This document shows, piece after piece, positions 40,501 through 50,200 of a stretch of 64,000 nucleotides of DNA. The DNA is from Scyliorhinus canicula (lineage: Eukaryota). Each line of letters begins with the position of its first letter. Position 1 is the first letter of the stretch. The translations under genes and the position numbers were made by a program. The notes under the pieces were generated by a model. It did no database searches. It saw only the letters and a list, made by a program, of their open reading frames with translations, and was not told the origin of the DNA. The stretch spans positions 65,771,402-65,835,401 of the forward strand of contig NC_052160.1 of assembly GCF_902713615.1 (NCBI RefSeq), given 5' to 3'.

Positions 40501-40766
40501 AGCACAAACTGCACCATTTCCAGTGCTAACTTACCTTGATATGTAGAAAGAAAATGTATTAAAATTATGCAAATCAGGTTACTTTCAAACTCAATGTTGG
40601 TCGAGTTAATTGTGTTTTAAGAAAACTGATTACAGTTACCGTTTTTTGTTATTGCCTGGAAACAATCAAGCAGCTTCTCCAGACAGGTATCATCAACAAC
40701 TGACTGCCTACTGTCTCCTAATACTGCACAAACACGGGGCAAAAGCTCCACATACTCGCTTTCCAT
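6633..40766 (-). CDS. BRAT1: BRAT1 (BRCA1-associated ATM activator 1), spliced, 3'-partial: join(40640-40766,38480-38634,36767-36914,34849-35260,31876-31995,27793-27887,14978-15096,14463-14649,13396-13469,12603-12708,7270-7368,6633-6811)
   Basis: Twelve GT-AG exons join in frame (1821 nt). The translation carries recalled BRAT1 motifs: [59 protein letters not shown]. The terminal exon was not found in 1-6600. Confidence 0.96.
7270..7368 (-). CDS. BRAT1: BRAT1 coding exon 11
   Basis: [33 protein letters not shown]; cctcag| ... |GTATAA; 99 nt. Confidence 0.95.
8005..8585. mobile_element. GC-rich Harbinger-like MITE (older copy)
   Basis: Imperfect TIR GGGCTGGGTTCTCC / GAAGAATCCAGCCC; flanks CTT/ATT. 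Confidence 0.78.
8889..10202. mobile_element. Harbinger-like MITE (outer element of a nested pair)
   Basis: TIR AGCCGGGATTCTCC / GGAGAATCCCGGGC; TSD ACT at 8886-8888 and 10203-10205. Confidence 0.85.
8909..9602. mobile_element. Harbinger-like MITE (inner element of a nested pair)
   Basis: TIR GGGCGGCATTCTCC / GGAGAATTTCGCCC; TSD ATT at 8906-8908 and 9603-9605. Confidence 0.87.
10455..11145 (+). mobile_element. Non-LTR retrotransposon 3' fragment (clade uncertain)
   Basis: [23 protein letters not shown]; same family as 37075-37665. Confidence 0.75.
12100..12226 (-). mobile_element. Terminal fragment of the same MITE family
   Basis: Reverse complement aligns by eye with 4395-4510. Confidence 0.8.
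12603..12708 (-). CDS. BRAT1: BRAT1 coding exon 10
   Basis: [35 protein letters not shown]; atttag| ... |GTAGGA; 106 nt. Confidence 0.93.
13010..13250. mobile_element. Short L1 piece: minus-strand ORF2 fragment joined to a plus-strand L1-like 3' tail
   Basis: Minus frame [24 protein letters not shown] (cf. 21520-21600), then a T/G-rich tail with AATAAA and A-rich end on plus. Confidence 0.7.
13396..13469 (-). CDS. BRAT1: BRAT1 coding exon 9
   Basis: [25 protein letters not shown]; ttttag| ... |GTGAGT; 74 nt. Confidence 0.92.
13798..14120 (+). mobile_element. V-SINE/HE1-like SINE with CR1-type tail
   Basis: Full head and core, tail gggccgaagggcctgttctgtgctgta..(ttctatg)n; near-identical to 58230-58577. 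Confidence 0.92.
14463..14649 (-). CDS. BRAT1: BRAT1 coding exon 8
   Basis: [62 protein letters not shown]; cttcag| ... |GTATGA; 187 nt. Confidence 0.95.
14978..15096 (-). CDS. BRAT1: BRAT1 coding exon 7
   Basis: [39 protein letters not shown]; ttacag| ... |GTAAGC; 119 nt. Confidence 0.93.
18421..18725 (+). mobile_element. Probable 3' part of an LTR
   Basis: T-rich segment with AATAAA, ending ...TTAACA; no 5' end or TSD recognisable. Confidence 0.45.
18760..19318 (+). mobile_element. V-SINE/HE1-like SINE interrupted by the solo LTR
   Basis: Head and core at 18760-19062; tail resumes at 19288. Confidence 0.88.
19063..19287 (+). mobile_element. Solo LTR, 225 bp, inserted in a SINE tail
   Basis: TGTAATG...TACTACA termini, internal TATA-like and AATAAA motifs, 5-bp TSD GCCTC/GCTTC. 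Removing it restores the SINE tail ggcctccttctgca. Confidence 0.8.
22835..23170 (-). mobile_element. CR1 3' fragment
   Basis: cataggaacaggagtaggccattcagcccctcga tail and gaagaagtgcttcctaacatct on plus. Confidence 0.8.
23345..24962 (-). mobile_element. Rex1/Babar-clade LINE, 5'-truncated and degenerate
   Basis: [71 protein letters not shown]; (TTGGA)n tail at 23345-23371. Confidence 0.9.
26030..26330 (-). mobile_element. V-SINE-like SINE with (ATT)n tail
   Basis: Reverse-strand head and core plus tgtcacaagtaggctt tail. Confidence 0.85.
27056..27422 (+). mobile_element. 5'-truncated L1 3' end
   Basis: [21 protein letters not shown]...WQPF, homologous to 22350-22540; polyA signal; 18-bp TSD with one mismatch at 27038-27055 and 27423-27440. 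Confidence 0.9.
27793..27887 (-). CDS. BRAT1: BRAT1 coding exon 6
   Basis: [31 protein letters not shown]; ttttgtag| ... |GTATGT; 95 nt. Confidence 0.92.
28332..28575 (-). mobile_element. V-SINE/HE1-like SINE with A-rich tail
   Basis: 15-bp TSD TTCAAATCAATCCTT at 28317-28331 and 28576-28590. Confidence 0.92.
29723..30020 (-). mobile_element. V-SINE/HE1-like SINE with CR1-type tail
   Basis: Reverse-strand core and tail. Confidence 0.85.
30405..30935 (-). mobile_element. Penelope-like element 3' fragment (GIY-YIG C-terminus)
   Basis: [33 protein letters not shown] in ORF 30639-30890. Confidence 0.75.
31150..31790 (+). mobile_element. Penelope-like element 3' fragment with degenerate pLTR
   Basis: [27 protein letters not shown]; decayed hammerhead-like core near 31686-31712. 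Confidence 0.75.
31876..31995 (-). CDS. BRAT1: BRAT1 coding exon 5
   Basis: [39 protein letters not shown]; ctgcag| ... |GTATGG; 120 nt, phase 2/2. Confidence 0.92.
32495..32697 (-). mobile_element. Deu-domain SINE 5' part, degenerate
   Basis: Plus strand reads cactccctcagtactg..gagttgagaatgctaccaactgagcca, the reverse complement of the head and Deu start. Confidence 0.7.
32855..34358 (-). mobile_element. Young 5'-truncated CR1 LINE with uninterrupted RT ORF
   Basis: 448-aa ORF 32946-34292 ([42 protein letters not shown]); the frame continues to ~34358 ([16 protein letters not shown]); tandem TAAGACCA tail repeat on plus. Confidence 0.96.
34849..35260 (-). CDS. BRAT1: BRAT1 coding exon 4
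   Basis: [25 protein letters not shown]...[10 protein letters not shown], within ORF 34845-35390; caacag| ... |GTAAGC; 412 nt. Confidence 0.95.
35760..35916. repeat. Fold-back palindrome built from flank, (AAT)n and a SINE tail
   Basis: Arms 35760-35833 and 35852-35916 are near-perfect reverse complements around an 18-nt loop. Confidence 0.92.
35917..36282 (+). mobile_element. CR1 3' fragment
   Basis: gtagaggtctataaaat..actagagggcataggttt..aagggcctgtttt tail. Confidence 0.82.
36767..36914 (-). CDS. BRAT1: BRAT1 coding exon 3
   Basis: [49 protein letters not shown]; ttccag| ... |GTAATC; 148 nt. Confidence 0.95.
37075..37665 (+). mobile_element. Non-LTR retrotransposon 3' fragment (same family as 10455-11145)
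   Basis: [29 protein letters not shown]; tail caagggcaattagggatgggca. Confidence 0.78.
38480..38634 (-). CDS. BRAT1: BRAT1 coding exon 2
   Basis: [52 protein letters not shown]; catcag| ... |GTAAGT; 155 nt. Confidence 0.95.
38757..39055 (-). mobile_element. V-SINE/HE1-like SINE with CR1-type tail
   Basis: Reverse-strand core and tail. Confidence 0.85.
39075..39780 (-). mobile_element. CR1 3' fragment
   Basis: [25 protein letters not shown] in ORF 39264-39587. Confidence 0.88.
40089..40312 (-). mobile_element. V-SINE/HE1-like SINE with A-rich tail
   Basis: 17-bp TSD CCACCTTTCACTCAATA at 40072-40088 and 40313-40329. Confidence 0.92.
40640..40766 (-). CDS. BRAT1: BRAT1 first coding exon (exon starts at 40789, ATG at 40766)
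   Basis: [42 protein letters not shown]; acceptor tttccccag, donor G|GTAACT; 127 coding nt. Confidence 0.95.
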
Positions 40767-41129
40767 TCTCCAACTATATGAGAAATTATCTGGGGAAATG
40801 AAAACAAAATGTAAATCCTTGTGTTTTTTTATAGTCTTCCAATATGCCTACCCTAGAATATTGCTAACAGCTTTAAATACGCTACAATTATTAGCTAGTA
40901 CCTGTTGAGCATATCACGCTGCAGAATACAGTAGTTACATTTTCTAAAAAGCTCACCTTCAAAGACAATTACCCAAATACTGTTTAATCAACATTTCCAT
41001 CTTTTGTATTGTAAATTATTTACTTTTTTTATAATTATGGTGATTTCTTTGCATCAATTTTGCCACATATCAAAGTAAATATTCCAGACACTCAACAAGT
41101 ATAATTTTGATCAAAACTTATGTTCATTA

Positions 41130-41390
41130 ATAATCTTTATAATCTGTATTATTGTCACAGGTAGGCTTACATTAACACTGCAATGAGGTTACTGTGACAA
41201 TCCCCTAGTCGCCACACCCCGGCGCCTGTTCTTGTACACTTCAGAACATCCAATTCACCTAACAAGCACGTCTTTCGGGAAGTGTGGGAGGAAACCAGAG
41301 CACGCGGAGCAAACCCATGCAGACACAGGGAGAACGTGCAGACTCTGCACTGTGACCCAAGCCGGGAATTGAACTTGGGACCCTGGCGCT
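41130..41390 (-). mobile_element. V-SINE-like SINE with (ATT)n tail
   Basis: Reverse-strand core and tail. Confidence 0.83.
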
Positions 41391-41399
41391 AAAAGGGTA

Positions 41400-41615
41400 A
41401 AATACTGTGGATGCAGGAAATTTGATATAAAAACAGAAAGAGCTGGAAATACTCATCAGATCTGGCAGCAACTGTGGAGACAGAAATTGATTTAACATGT
41501 CAGGTCGATGAATCAGTTCTGACAAAGGGTCACTGATCTAAAATACTGTTAACTCTACTTCTCTTTTCACATATGCTGCCAGACCTTCTGAGTATTTGTA
41601 TAATTTTCTGTTTAT
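41400..41615. repeat. Old Penelope-derived imperfect hairpin (related half-copies near 38135, 42540, 45005 and 60735)
   Basis: aaacagaaa..ctggaaatactca..tctggcagca..tgtgga arm followed by its decayed reverse complement. Confidence 0.65.
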
Positions 41616-42701
41616 CATAACATTCATTCATTGTTCAATTGTGCAACTAAAATAGGTGAAATGGTGAGGGCTATTGGTAGAGAACATTCAAGAATCAAAT
41701 GTACCCTGCAGCCAAATATGAAGCATTTATGGACAATTTGTTTCAAGGGAGATCAAGGATGGTACTGACAATTAATTGGGAGAAACGCATGTATTCTTTA
41801 GAATTTCCAGTAGAAAAGTTAGGTCCTTCTTTTAAATTTCAGAGCTTGAACAATGTGTACATATAAAGCACAGTCACAATGAAAACAGTTGTCAATGCAA
41901 TAGTAGGCGTTAAGAAAATGTTCTTCGCATGGACACATACTTTCCAAGTTGAACAGCTAAGCAATAAGAAGTAAAAAGGAGATTTGGAGAGATAGATTTG
42001 GGAGATAACAAGGGCCAGAAACAGGAGGACATAGTGGTAGCCCAGTCAGGGGAATAGTGGGTGCAGGCCCCAGCTGCAGAAGACCTCAGATAGGATTGAG
42101 GAATGAGACTGAAAATTAATTGAAGATAAATTGCATTAATATCCACAGGTTCAGATGAAGGCAGTGAATAAGATTCCTGTGGGGTGAGGTGGGAATCCAA
42201 GTTGCCAACATTTTTCAGGTGGAACAGTGGTTTTGTAATGGACCATCATGACAACAAATTTAGCCTTGATGCATAGACACAAAAAAGTCGATGGTTTCAG
42301 AATATCTTTGTTCCATGTGTGCAAAAATGTTTTTGTTACACTTTTAAATTGAACATTGATAAGGCAGACTCTATAAGACAAATATGCAATTACTATTCTG
42401 TAAAATACAAAATCGGAACTAAGAAAATCGGTTGTGGATAATAAGATCTAATTGAAAACATATTACATTGACGGCTAATGTATCTGTCCCACTAGAAGAG
42501 AAAAATTACCTTTTCCTTTGACAAGATGATCAAGGAAAATATGCAAAATATGCAGATGTCAGAAATCTAGAAATATAAACAGAAAATGGTGGAAATACTC
42601 AGAAGCTTTGGTGACATCTGTGGAGGGAGAAACAGAGTTAACATTTCAGGTTGATAAGTTTTCATCAAAAGTAAGGTTTCAAGGGGCTGTCATAAATATA
42701 A

Positions 42702-43003
42702 GGCAGTCGGCATGGTAGTACAGTAGTTAGCACTGTTGCTCCACAGCTCCAGGATCCTAGGTTTGATTGCTGGTTTGGGTCACTGTCTGTGTGGAGTCTG
42801 CAGGTCCTCCCCGTGTCTGATGGGTTTCCTCCGGGTTTCCTCCCATAGAGATGATTCGCCATGATAAATTGCCGAGTGTCCCAAAAGGTTAGGTGGGGTT
42901 ACAGGGGTAGGGTGGAGGTGTGGGTTTAAGTAGGTTGCTCTTTCCAAGGGTCGGTGCAGACACGATGGGCCGAATGGCCTCCTTCTGCACTGTAAATTCT
43001 ATG
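42702..43003 (+). mobile_element. V-SINE/HE1-like SINE with CR1-type tail
   Basis: Head, core and gggccgaatggcctccttctgcactgt tail. Confidence 0.85.
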
Positions 43004-43619
43004 AGCCATTATTAAATCTCATAGGGAGAGTGGGTACAATAGAACTCCCTTCAAAGGATACTTGAGGCGATTGGCATGAATGGATTTAAAGGCAAGACTA
43101 CAGAAAAATATACTGCTGGCTTGTAGTTAAGGAAGGAGGGAGCTGGTGCGGGCCATAAACACACAGGCCAGAAGGGCCTAACAGCCTGTTTCTGTATTGT
43201 GCAATCTGGATCATTCCATGTCAATAAAACACATTGCAAAGTAAAACGACACTGTCCTGAGGTGCCCAGTCAGAGCTGGAGGACGATTAAACTCCAGCCT
43301 CCCGCTCCACCACAACAACTGCTGCTGCTGCCATAAAATGACAAACCTTTGGTTAACAATCTGTCTAAAGTGGAGAGCGTGTGAACGAAAACAGTAACAG
43401 AGCACAACCTACCAGATCTGCCTCACTCGACAACCTGTAGTTGGGGGTCGGCCCGACTGGACTAAAGCTCACCCAAAGGGGGAGTGGTGTAATGCCCCAA
43501 CACAAACCCTCAACAACCGCATCAATATTCTGTCAGAAACCAGCTCATGTAATACCAGAGATTAATGATCTATCTCTGAAAGGGATAACCGTTTAACAGT
43601 CATCATTTCACTCTAAATC

Positions 43620-44215
43620 CTGGCTTGAAGCGAACGAATCACCCCTCTGGATGATTTGGAAGAGGCCAGCCAGCTGGGTCTGCGACTCGCGCGCTCTCTC
43701 TCCTCAGCCCGTTCGGAGGCGCGCAGAGAGTCCCAGGTTCGCGCGCACGTCCCCTCCCGGACACGCGCCCCTCTCCTGGACACGCGCACTCCCCCTTCCT
43801 CTCTCTCCACCTCCCTCGCCGGGACCCGCGCACGCTCTCCCCAGGAGACGCACGCGCCCGGCTCGCTCGCTCTTTCTTTTTCCGGCCGCCGAGCGAGAGG
43901 AGAATGAAGGAGACGAGTGACGATGAGGCCCGGGAGGCTGAGGATGAGGTGGCAGAGTTGGAGGAACCGGAGGAAGGCTTCAGCGACCCTGAAGATTTCG
44001 TGGAGGACATCTCGGATGAAGGTAAAGGGAAGATAATAAAACGATGGGGTCGAGTTTTATTCTGTTGGCGGGGCAGGGTTCAAGCGGCGGCAGCAGATCA
44101 GAGACTGAGTCCATGTGCGTTTGGGAGTGATTGGAGCCTGCGGCCCAGCCTGGGCCCGGAGCCGGCTTCAGGGAGCCGGGTAGAGCAGACAAGACAGGCA
44201 GGCAAGCCGGCCTGA
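43620..44215. promoter_or_regulatory. CpG-island-like, probably bidirectional BRAT1/EIF3B promoter
   Basis: Non-repetitive GC/CpG-rich patch between the 5' ends of two divergent genes. It contains repeated GGACACGCGC-like units, a pyrimidine tract at 43870-43883 and an adjacent ETS-like TTCCGG. Confidence 0.75.
43904..44021 (+). CDS. EIF3B: EIF3B exon 1 (coding part)
   Basis: [39 protein letters not shown]; donor G|GTAAAG; 118 nt. Confidence 0.93.
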
Positions 44216-47200
44216 AATTGGATTTATTGATCTCGGCCACACCGTTCATGCAGACTGACGATTATTACTATAGATTAGATATTTTATGCTAAAGCAAGAA
44301 AAGCTGTTGAATATTTTTAGAATAACATGCACAGGGCAATATAAGTTAATGCTGTCTGATGCATGATTTAATCAGGGTGACAATTATACTGTATATATTT
44401 TTTTCCCATTTAAACGAGGGAAGGCGAGGTTTTCTTTACTAGTTTTGTTGAAAATATGATTCAATTCATTTCAAATCACCAACCCCCAGCTGACTTGTCC
44501 TATTACAAATGTATATCCTGGAGAAACAAATTACAATTTGAATGCAGTGAAAGCACTACACACCGTTGTCATTGCATGAATGTGGCATACATAATTGCAA
44601 AGGTCTTTAATCACTTTAAATATCATGCGAGTTTTTGCAACCTGTTTTGGGGGTGGAGCAATGGTATATCTGATCCATTTAAACTGAGATGAATGCACAG
44701 CTTCATTGAGGTAGAAGAAAATGTTGATTTGGTTTTAGTGTGCTTTTTCTCGTGAATTGTAAGGTGACATGTCTGATTTGAGATGTCGTAACAGTAGAAA
44801 ATCAAATAAAACTTGAAATCTATAGTAAGTCTTTGATCATGCAACACGAAAAGTGTATTCATGTTTTAGTTAATAATGCAGGTACTTCATATAGAACTAA
44901 CTAATTGTTCAAGAGGATGAATGACCTGATCAGAAACATTAATTGGAGGTGAATATTTGTGGTTGTGGTCCATACAGCTGATGATTATGCTATGGGACAA
45001 TGAATGAAAATGCTGGAATTATTCAGACGGTCGGGTAGCATCTGTGGAAAGAGAAGTAGAGTTAACATTTCAGATTGATTTTTCATCAGAACATCTGATT
45101 GAATCAGCTGTGGCACAGTTTGTAGCACCCTTGCCCTTTGAGTCATAATATCCTGGGTTCCAATCCAACTCCAGGGGACAAAAATTAAGTTGACACAAGT
45201 GCAGTATTGAGGGAGTACCATTATTGCAAATGCCCTCCTGACTTTAAATTGAGGTCCCATCTGCCTACACGGGTGGGTGCAAAAGATCCTTGGCACTCTT
45301 TCAAAGGAGAGCAGGGGTGTTATCCCCCGTTGTCCTGGCCAATATTTATCCCTCAATCAACATCATAACATTATTACATATTAACTGCTTGTTATCACAT
45401 TGTTATTTGTGCGAGTTTGCTGCACGCAGGTTGGCTGCCGTGTTTCCTGTGTTATAATGGTGACTATTTAATTTCATTGGTTGTGAGGTGCTTTGAGATA
45501 TCTGGTGATCATTAAAAATGCTCATAAATGTAAGCCTTTTATTTCAGATTTCTAGCGCTTTCAGTATTTTTCTTTTGCATAAATGCATATATTTGTGTGA
45601 CAACACATGACACGATCTTTTGTGGTGTCCAAAGGAAATCTAGCAACTCCTGTCATCAAGCATATGTTGCTCAGGATGGAATGTAATTCCCACCCTCTAT
45701 TCATATCCCTTTAATCACTTTGTTTCCGATTCAATCTGACAGCCTATGTCACTGAGACTGCCCTGGTAAAAGTTATGAGTGCTATCTTTGCAATTTGTGT
45801 GTTATCCCTCCTTGTTTCCTTTATCTTTCTGTGGTTGCTGCTTCTGTTATTTGGTTGACCTCCGTAGCTATAGCCGTAGCTTCGTTCCATGGCTCCTCTC
45901 TGATGTAGCAAGCACATCTGCAGCAATAGATTGAGGGTGCTAGTCCTTTTCTCATTAGAACGGAGAAGGATGAGGGGAGACTTGATAGAGGTTTATAAAA
46001 TGATCAGGGGAATAGATAGAGTAGACAGTCAGAAACTTTTTTCCCGGGTAGAACAAACCATTACAATTAGACTTAAATTTAAGGTGAATCGTGGAAGATA
46101 TAGGGGGGATGCCAGAGGCTGGTTCTTTATCCAGAGAGTAGTGGGGGCATGGAATGCACTGCCTGGGGAAGTAGTTGAGTCGGAAACATCAGGGACCTTC
46201 AAGCGGCTATTGGATAGGTACATGGATTACGGTAGAATGATGGGGTGTAGATTAATTTGTTCTTAATCTAGGGCAAAAGTTCAGCACAAGGTTGTGGGCC
46301 GAAGGGCCTGTTCTGCGCTGTACTTTCTATGTTCTATATTAATAGTTTTTGTGCATCCCCACTTTTGGCCCTTTTTAAAAATTCTGCCTCATTAACATAT
46401 TTCCTCATGCTGACATTACTGCATGTTGGGAATATTCAGTACTCTAGTCCATGCCCACATCTGTATTGTCAGATGGCTTACCAAGTGTCAATTCATAGGT
46501 GAATCTAGATAGTCTCCAAATGAATATTATGAGGATCCATACTGTTCTGTTTGTACTCCACTTAAAAATAATGCTCTCCTCTCTGTCTCCAGCTGCTCAA
46601 TCTCTGTTGAATCAAACAGTCTGTTTCCTTGCTGGCCTGGTTAATCCTAACCTGTGCTTCAAGCCTACATCTTGTACATCACAAGGACTACTTCGACATC
46701 CTTGCCTGTATTTTGTTGCCACCACTAGTCATCCAAAATGTCACTTCCTCCGTGCTTAATTTGTTCAATATCTTCTCATTGGCCTCCTGTGCTCCATCCT
46801 TGGACACTAATCTCTGCAATCAGAAATGGACCCCATCGAATAGTTCCTTGGAGGAGGTGGGAATGATTGCCAATTTAGGTAATAGTTTCTGTTGCTTGCG
46901 TTTATACAATATCATCCTACAATATTTACCAGACCATAAGACACACCAGGATTTTAAAAGGTAATATTTGTCAGTAACATTCAGGTCACCAGGTGATGGC
47001 AATCATGGGTGACGTTTTCCCAGAAAGGAAGTGCATCTTATGGTCCAATAAATATGGTGCATGTGTTAGTATTTTTTAAAAACAAAATCTTTTTATTGGC
47101 ATTTTCAACATTATATACATTGCCGTTCGTTTTCATTTATTGTACAGTACCCACAGGCTTCTTCTTGGGTTTCCCTATTTACAGTCTGACGCCGTCTGGC

Positions 47201-50200
47201 TCAGCGTACAATCCTCTCTACCCCCCCCCCCCCCCCCCCCCCCCATCTTCTTCACTGTTGCCCCCCATTCTTCCTTTCTTGCTGGGTTTTGCTACCTCAC
47301 CTTGCTCCCCTGCCCTGGTCCTCCTTCGTTTTCCTCTTTCTGTCTTGTCCTGGCTATTTCTCCCTGGCTACTGGCTATTTATTTATGTGATGGCCACAAT
47401 CAGCTCGCGGAACAGTCAGGTGAATGGCTCCCTTTTGTAGAAGCCCTCTTCCAACCCACTGCTGGTGAATTTGATTTTCTCCATTTGGAGAAATTCCGAT
47501 AGGTCGGACAGCCAGTCTGTAGCTTTAGGTGGTTCTGCTGATCGCCAAAAGAGCAGGATTCTACGGCGGGTGATCAGGGAGGCAAAGGCAAGGGTGTCCG
47601 CCCTCCTCCCCATGAAGAGATCTGGCTGGTCTGATACCCCGAAGACAGCCACTTTCGGGCTCCAACTCATCTCCGCCACTTGGAATTTGCCTCAAAGAAG
47701 GCTGTCCAGTACCCAACAAGTCTGGGGCAAGACCAGAACATGTGGGCGTGGTTGGCCGGGCCTCCTTGGCACCGTTGTGTTAGTATTGTTAAACTTAAAA
47801 TGTTGATGTAGCCTTGCCAATAAATCTTATATGGTGAGTTGATGTATCCAATTTGAATTTCTTTTTGGAGGGCTTTATCAGATAATGTTGCAGTTGGAAG
47901 CGTGATAACATTGTGCCTGCTTTTTGTAGGATGTTTTCCCATGTGGCATATATCATATGGCTCAATATTCTGCTTTCAGAAACCTACCTATGACAATCCT
48001 GTAAATAGCTGCTAGATAATAAAGATTAAACATTTGCATTTGTACAACATTTTTCAAGCATCTTGGGATGTCCCAATACACTTTGCAACCAATGAAGTAC
48101 AGTCATTAATGAGCAAATGTGGCAGCCAATTTGTGCTACTAAAGTCCAACGCGCAGCTAGTTAGATAAATAATGACATGGTATTGGTCAATGGATAAATG
48201 TTGGCCAAGGAAGTGGGTGAATTCCCAGTTTTATTTTGTAATAATGCCATTGGATCTTTTACATCCACCTGTGAGGGCAAACGGAACCTTGATTTAGCGT
48301 ATTTTTGAAAGACATAGCCTTCATCAGTGCAGGACTCCCTCAGTACTGCAATGAAGCATCATCTTAGATGTTCTAAGAAATTATTGACATATAAATGTCA
48401 TAAATGACCTACAAGCAGGGACACAGTGTAACATAACAAAATTTGTGAATGATACTAAAGTAGGCGGTGAAGAGAAGATAAAGATTTTATAGACTATATA
48501 GATATGCTAGGAGATTGGGTCAAAATTTGGCAGGTGGAGTTTAATGTAGATAAGTGTGAGGTTATCCATATTGGCCAGCAAAATAGAAAGGCAAATTATT
48601 ATCTAAATGGAAAGCAGATTCAAGATGTGTCTGGGCAGAGAGATCTGGGTGTCTTTGTCCATGAAGTGAAGAAAGTCGGTTTGCAGGTATAGCACGTAAT
48701 TATAAAGACAAATGGAATGTTAGCATTTATTGCAAAAGGACTGAGGTATAAAAGTGACAAGTGTTGTTGCAATTGTGTGGGATGTTGGTGAGACCACATC
48801 TGGAATATTGTGTCCAGTTTTGGTCTCTTTATTTAAGGAAAGATGGGGTGGCAATGGCGGCAGTTCAGAGGAGGTTCGCCAGATTGATTCCGAGGATGCA
48901 AAGGTTGACGTATGACGAGAGATTAAACAGTTTGGGCTTATATGTGCTGGAGTTTAGAAGGATGAGAGGGGATCTGATTGAGGTGTATAAAATACTAAAA
49001 GAGATTGATAAAGTAAACAGACCAAATGTTTCCCCCTTGTTGGGGCAATCTAGAATGAGAGGTCACGGATGAGAGGCGGTAGATTTAGACTGAGATGAGG
49101 AGAAACTACTTCTCGCAGAGGGTGGTGAATTTGTGGCACTTGCTGCCCAATGTGCTGGAAACTGAGTCATTAAATGGTTTCAAGCAGAAGATAGATATCT
49201 TTCTGATTTTTAAAAAAGGGTTAAAGGGATATGGGCAACGGGTGAGGAGGTGGATTTGAGACCAGGAAGAGATCAGACGAGATCTGTTTGAATAGTGGAG
49301 CAGGCCTGAAGAGCTGAATTTCTTACTTCTCCTAATTCCTATGTTGTAAAATATGAGGGGATAGTGGTGGCATTAGTGTCGAAGTTGAGGATGGTTTCCT
49401 CTGTACAGGCATGCAAGCTACCATTTGAGAAGGAGAATTAACTAGTGACTACCTGTAAATAAGAGCCTAAGAAATAGGAACAGGAGTAGCCATACAGTCT
49501 CTCCAGCCTGCTCTGTCATTTGATACAATCATGGTTGATCTACCTCAACTCCGTTTTCCCGCCCGCTTCCCATATTCCTTGATGCCTGGATAGATGAAAA
49601 ATCTGTTCATCCTGGCATGAAATATATTTCAACGATGGAGTATCCACACATTTTGAGTGAAGGAATTTCTACTTGTCTCAGTCCTAAATGATCGGTCCCT
49701 TATCCTGAGACTGAACTCGAGGAAGTATTGGCCCAATTTACCCAGCCTCTGGGGTCTGCATTCGTCCTAGAAGCCAATTTAGTGAATGGTTGCTGTACTG
49801 TCACCTATACATGTATATCCATCCTATGTACAGAGATCAAAACTGCTCAGTATTCCAGGTGTGGTCTCTCCCTATAGCATTGCAACAAGACTGTCTAGTT
49901 ATTGTATTCTGATCCTGTTGCAATAAAGGCCAACATACAATTTGCCTTCCTAATTGCTTGCTGTACTTGCATATTAATGTGTTCCTGTATGACTGGCTCA
50001 GGGAAACCAATGAACTGAAAAATCCCTCCTTGATTTGGCAGTAATCTTTGAAAATAGTAGTATTTAAAAATCAGTTTCTAATGTATTTTAATTCGCAAAA
50101 CTTGTTTGTATACATCTGTAAAATATTTCTCATCCTATTGGATCTCGAAGCAATATATTTTTATCTTTCCGTGGCATCGGTAATTTATACAGTTTTAAGT

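Noticed and set aside
43613-44249. Antisense and alternative-frame ORFs over the EIF3B promoter and exon 1
   Set aside because: By-products of CpG-island composition and the acidic EIF3B codons; no independent support.
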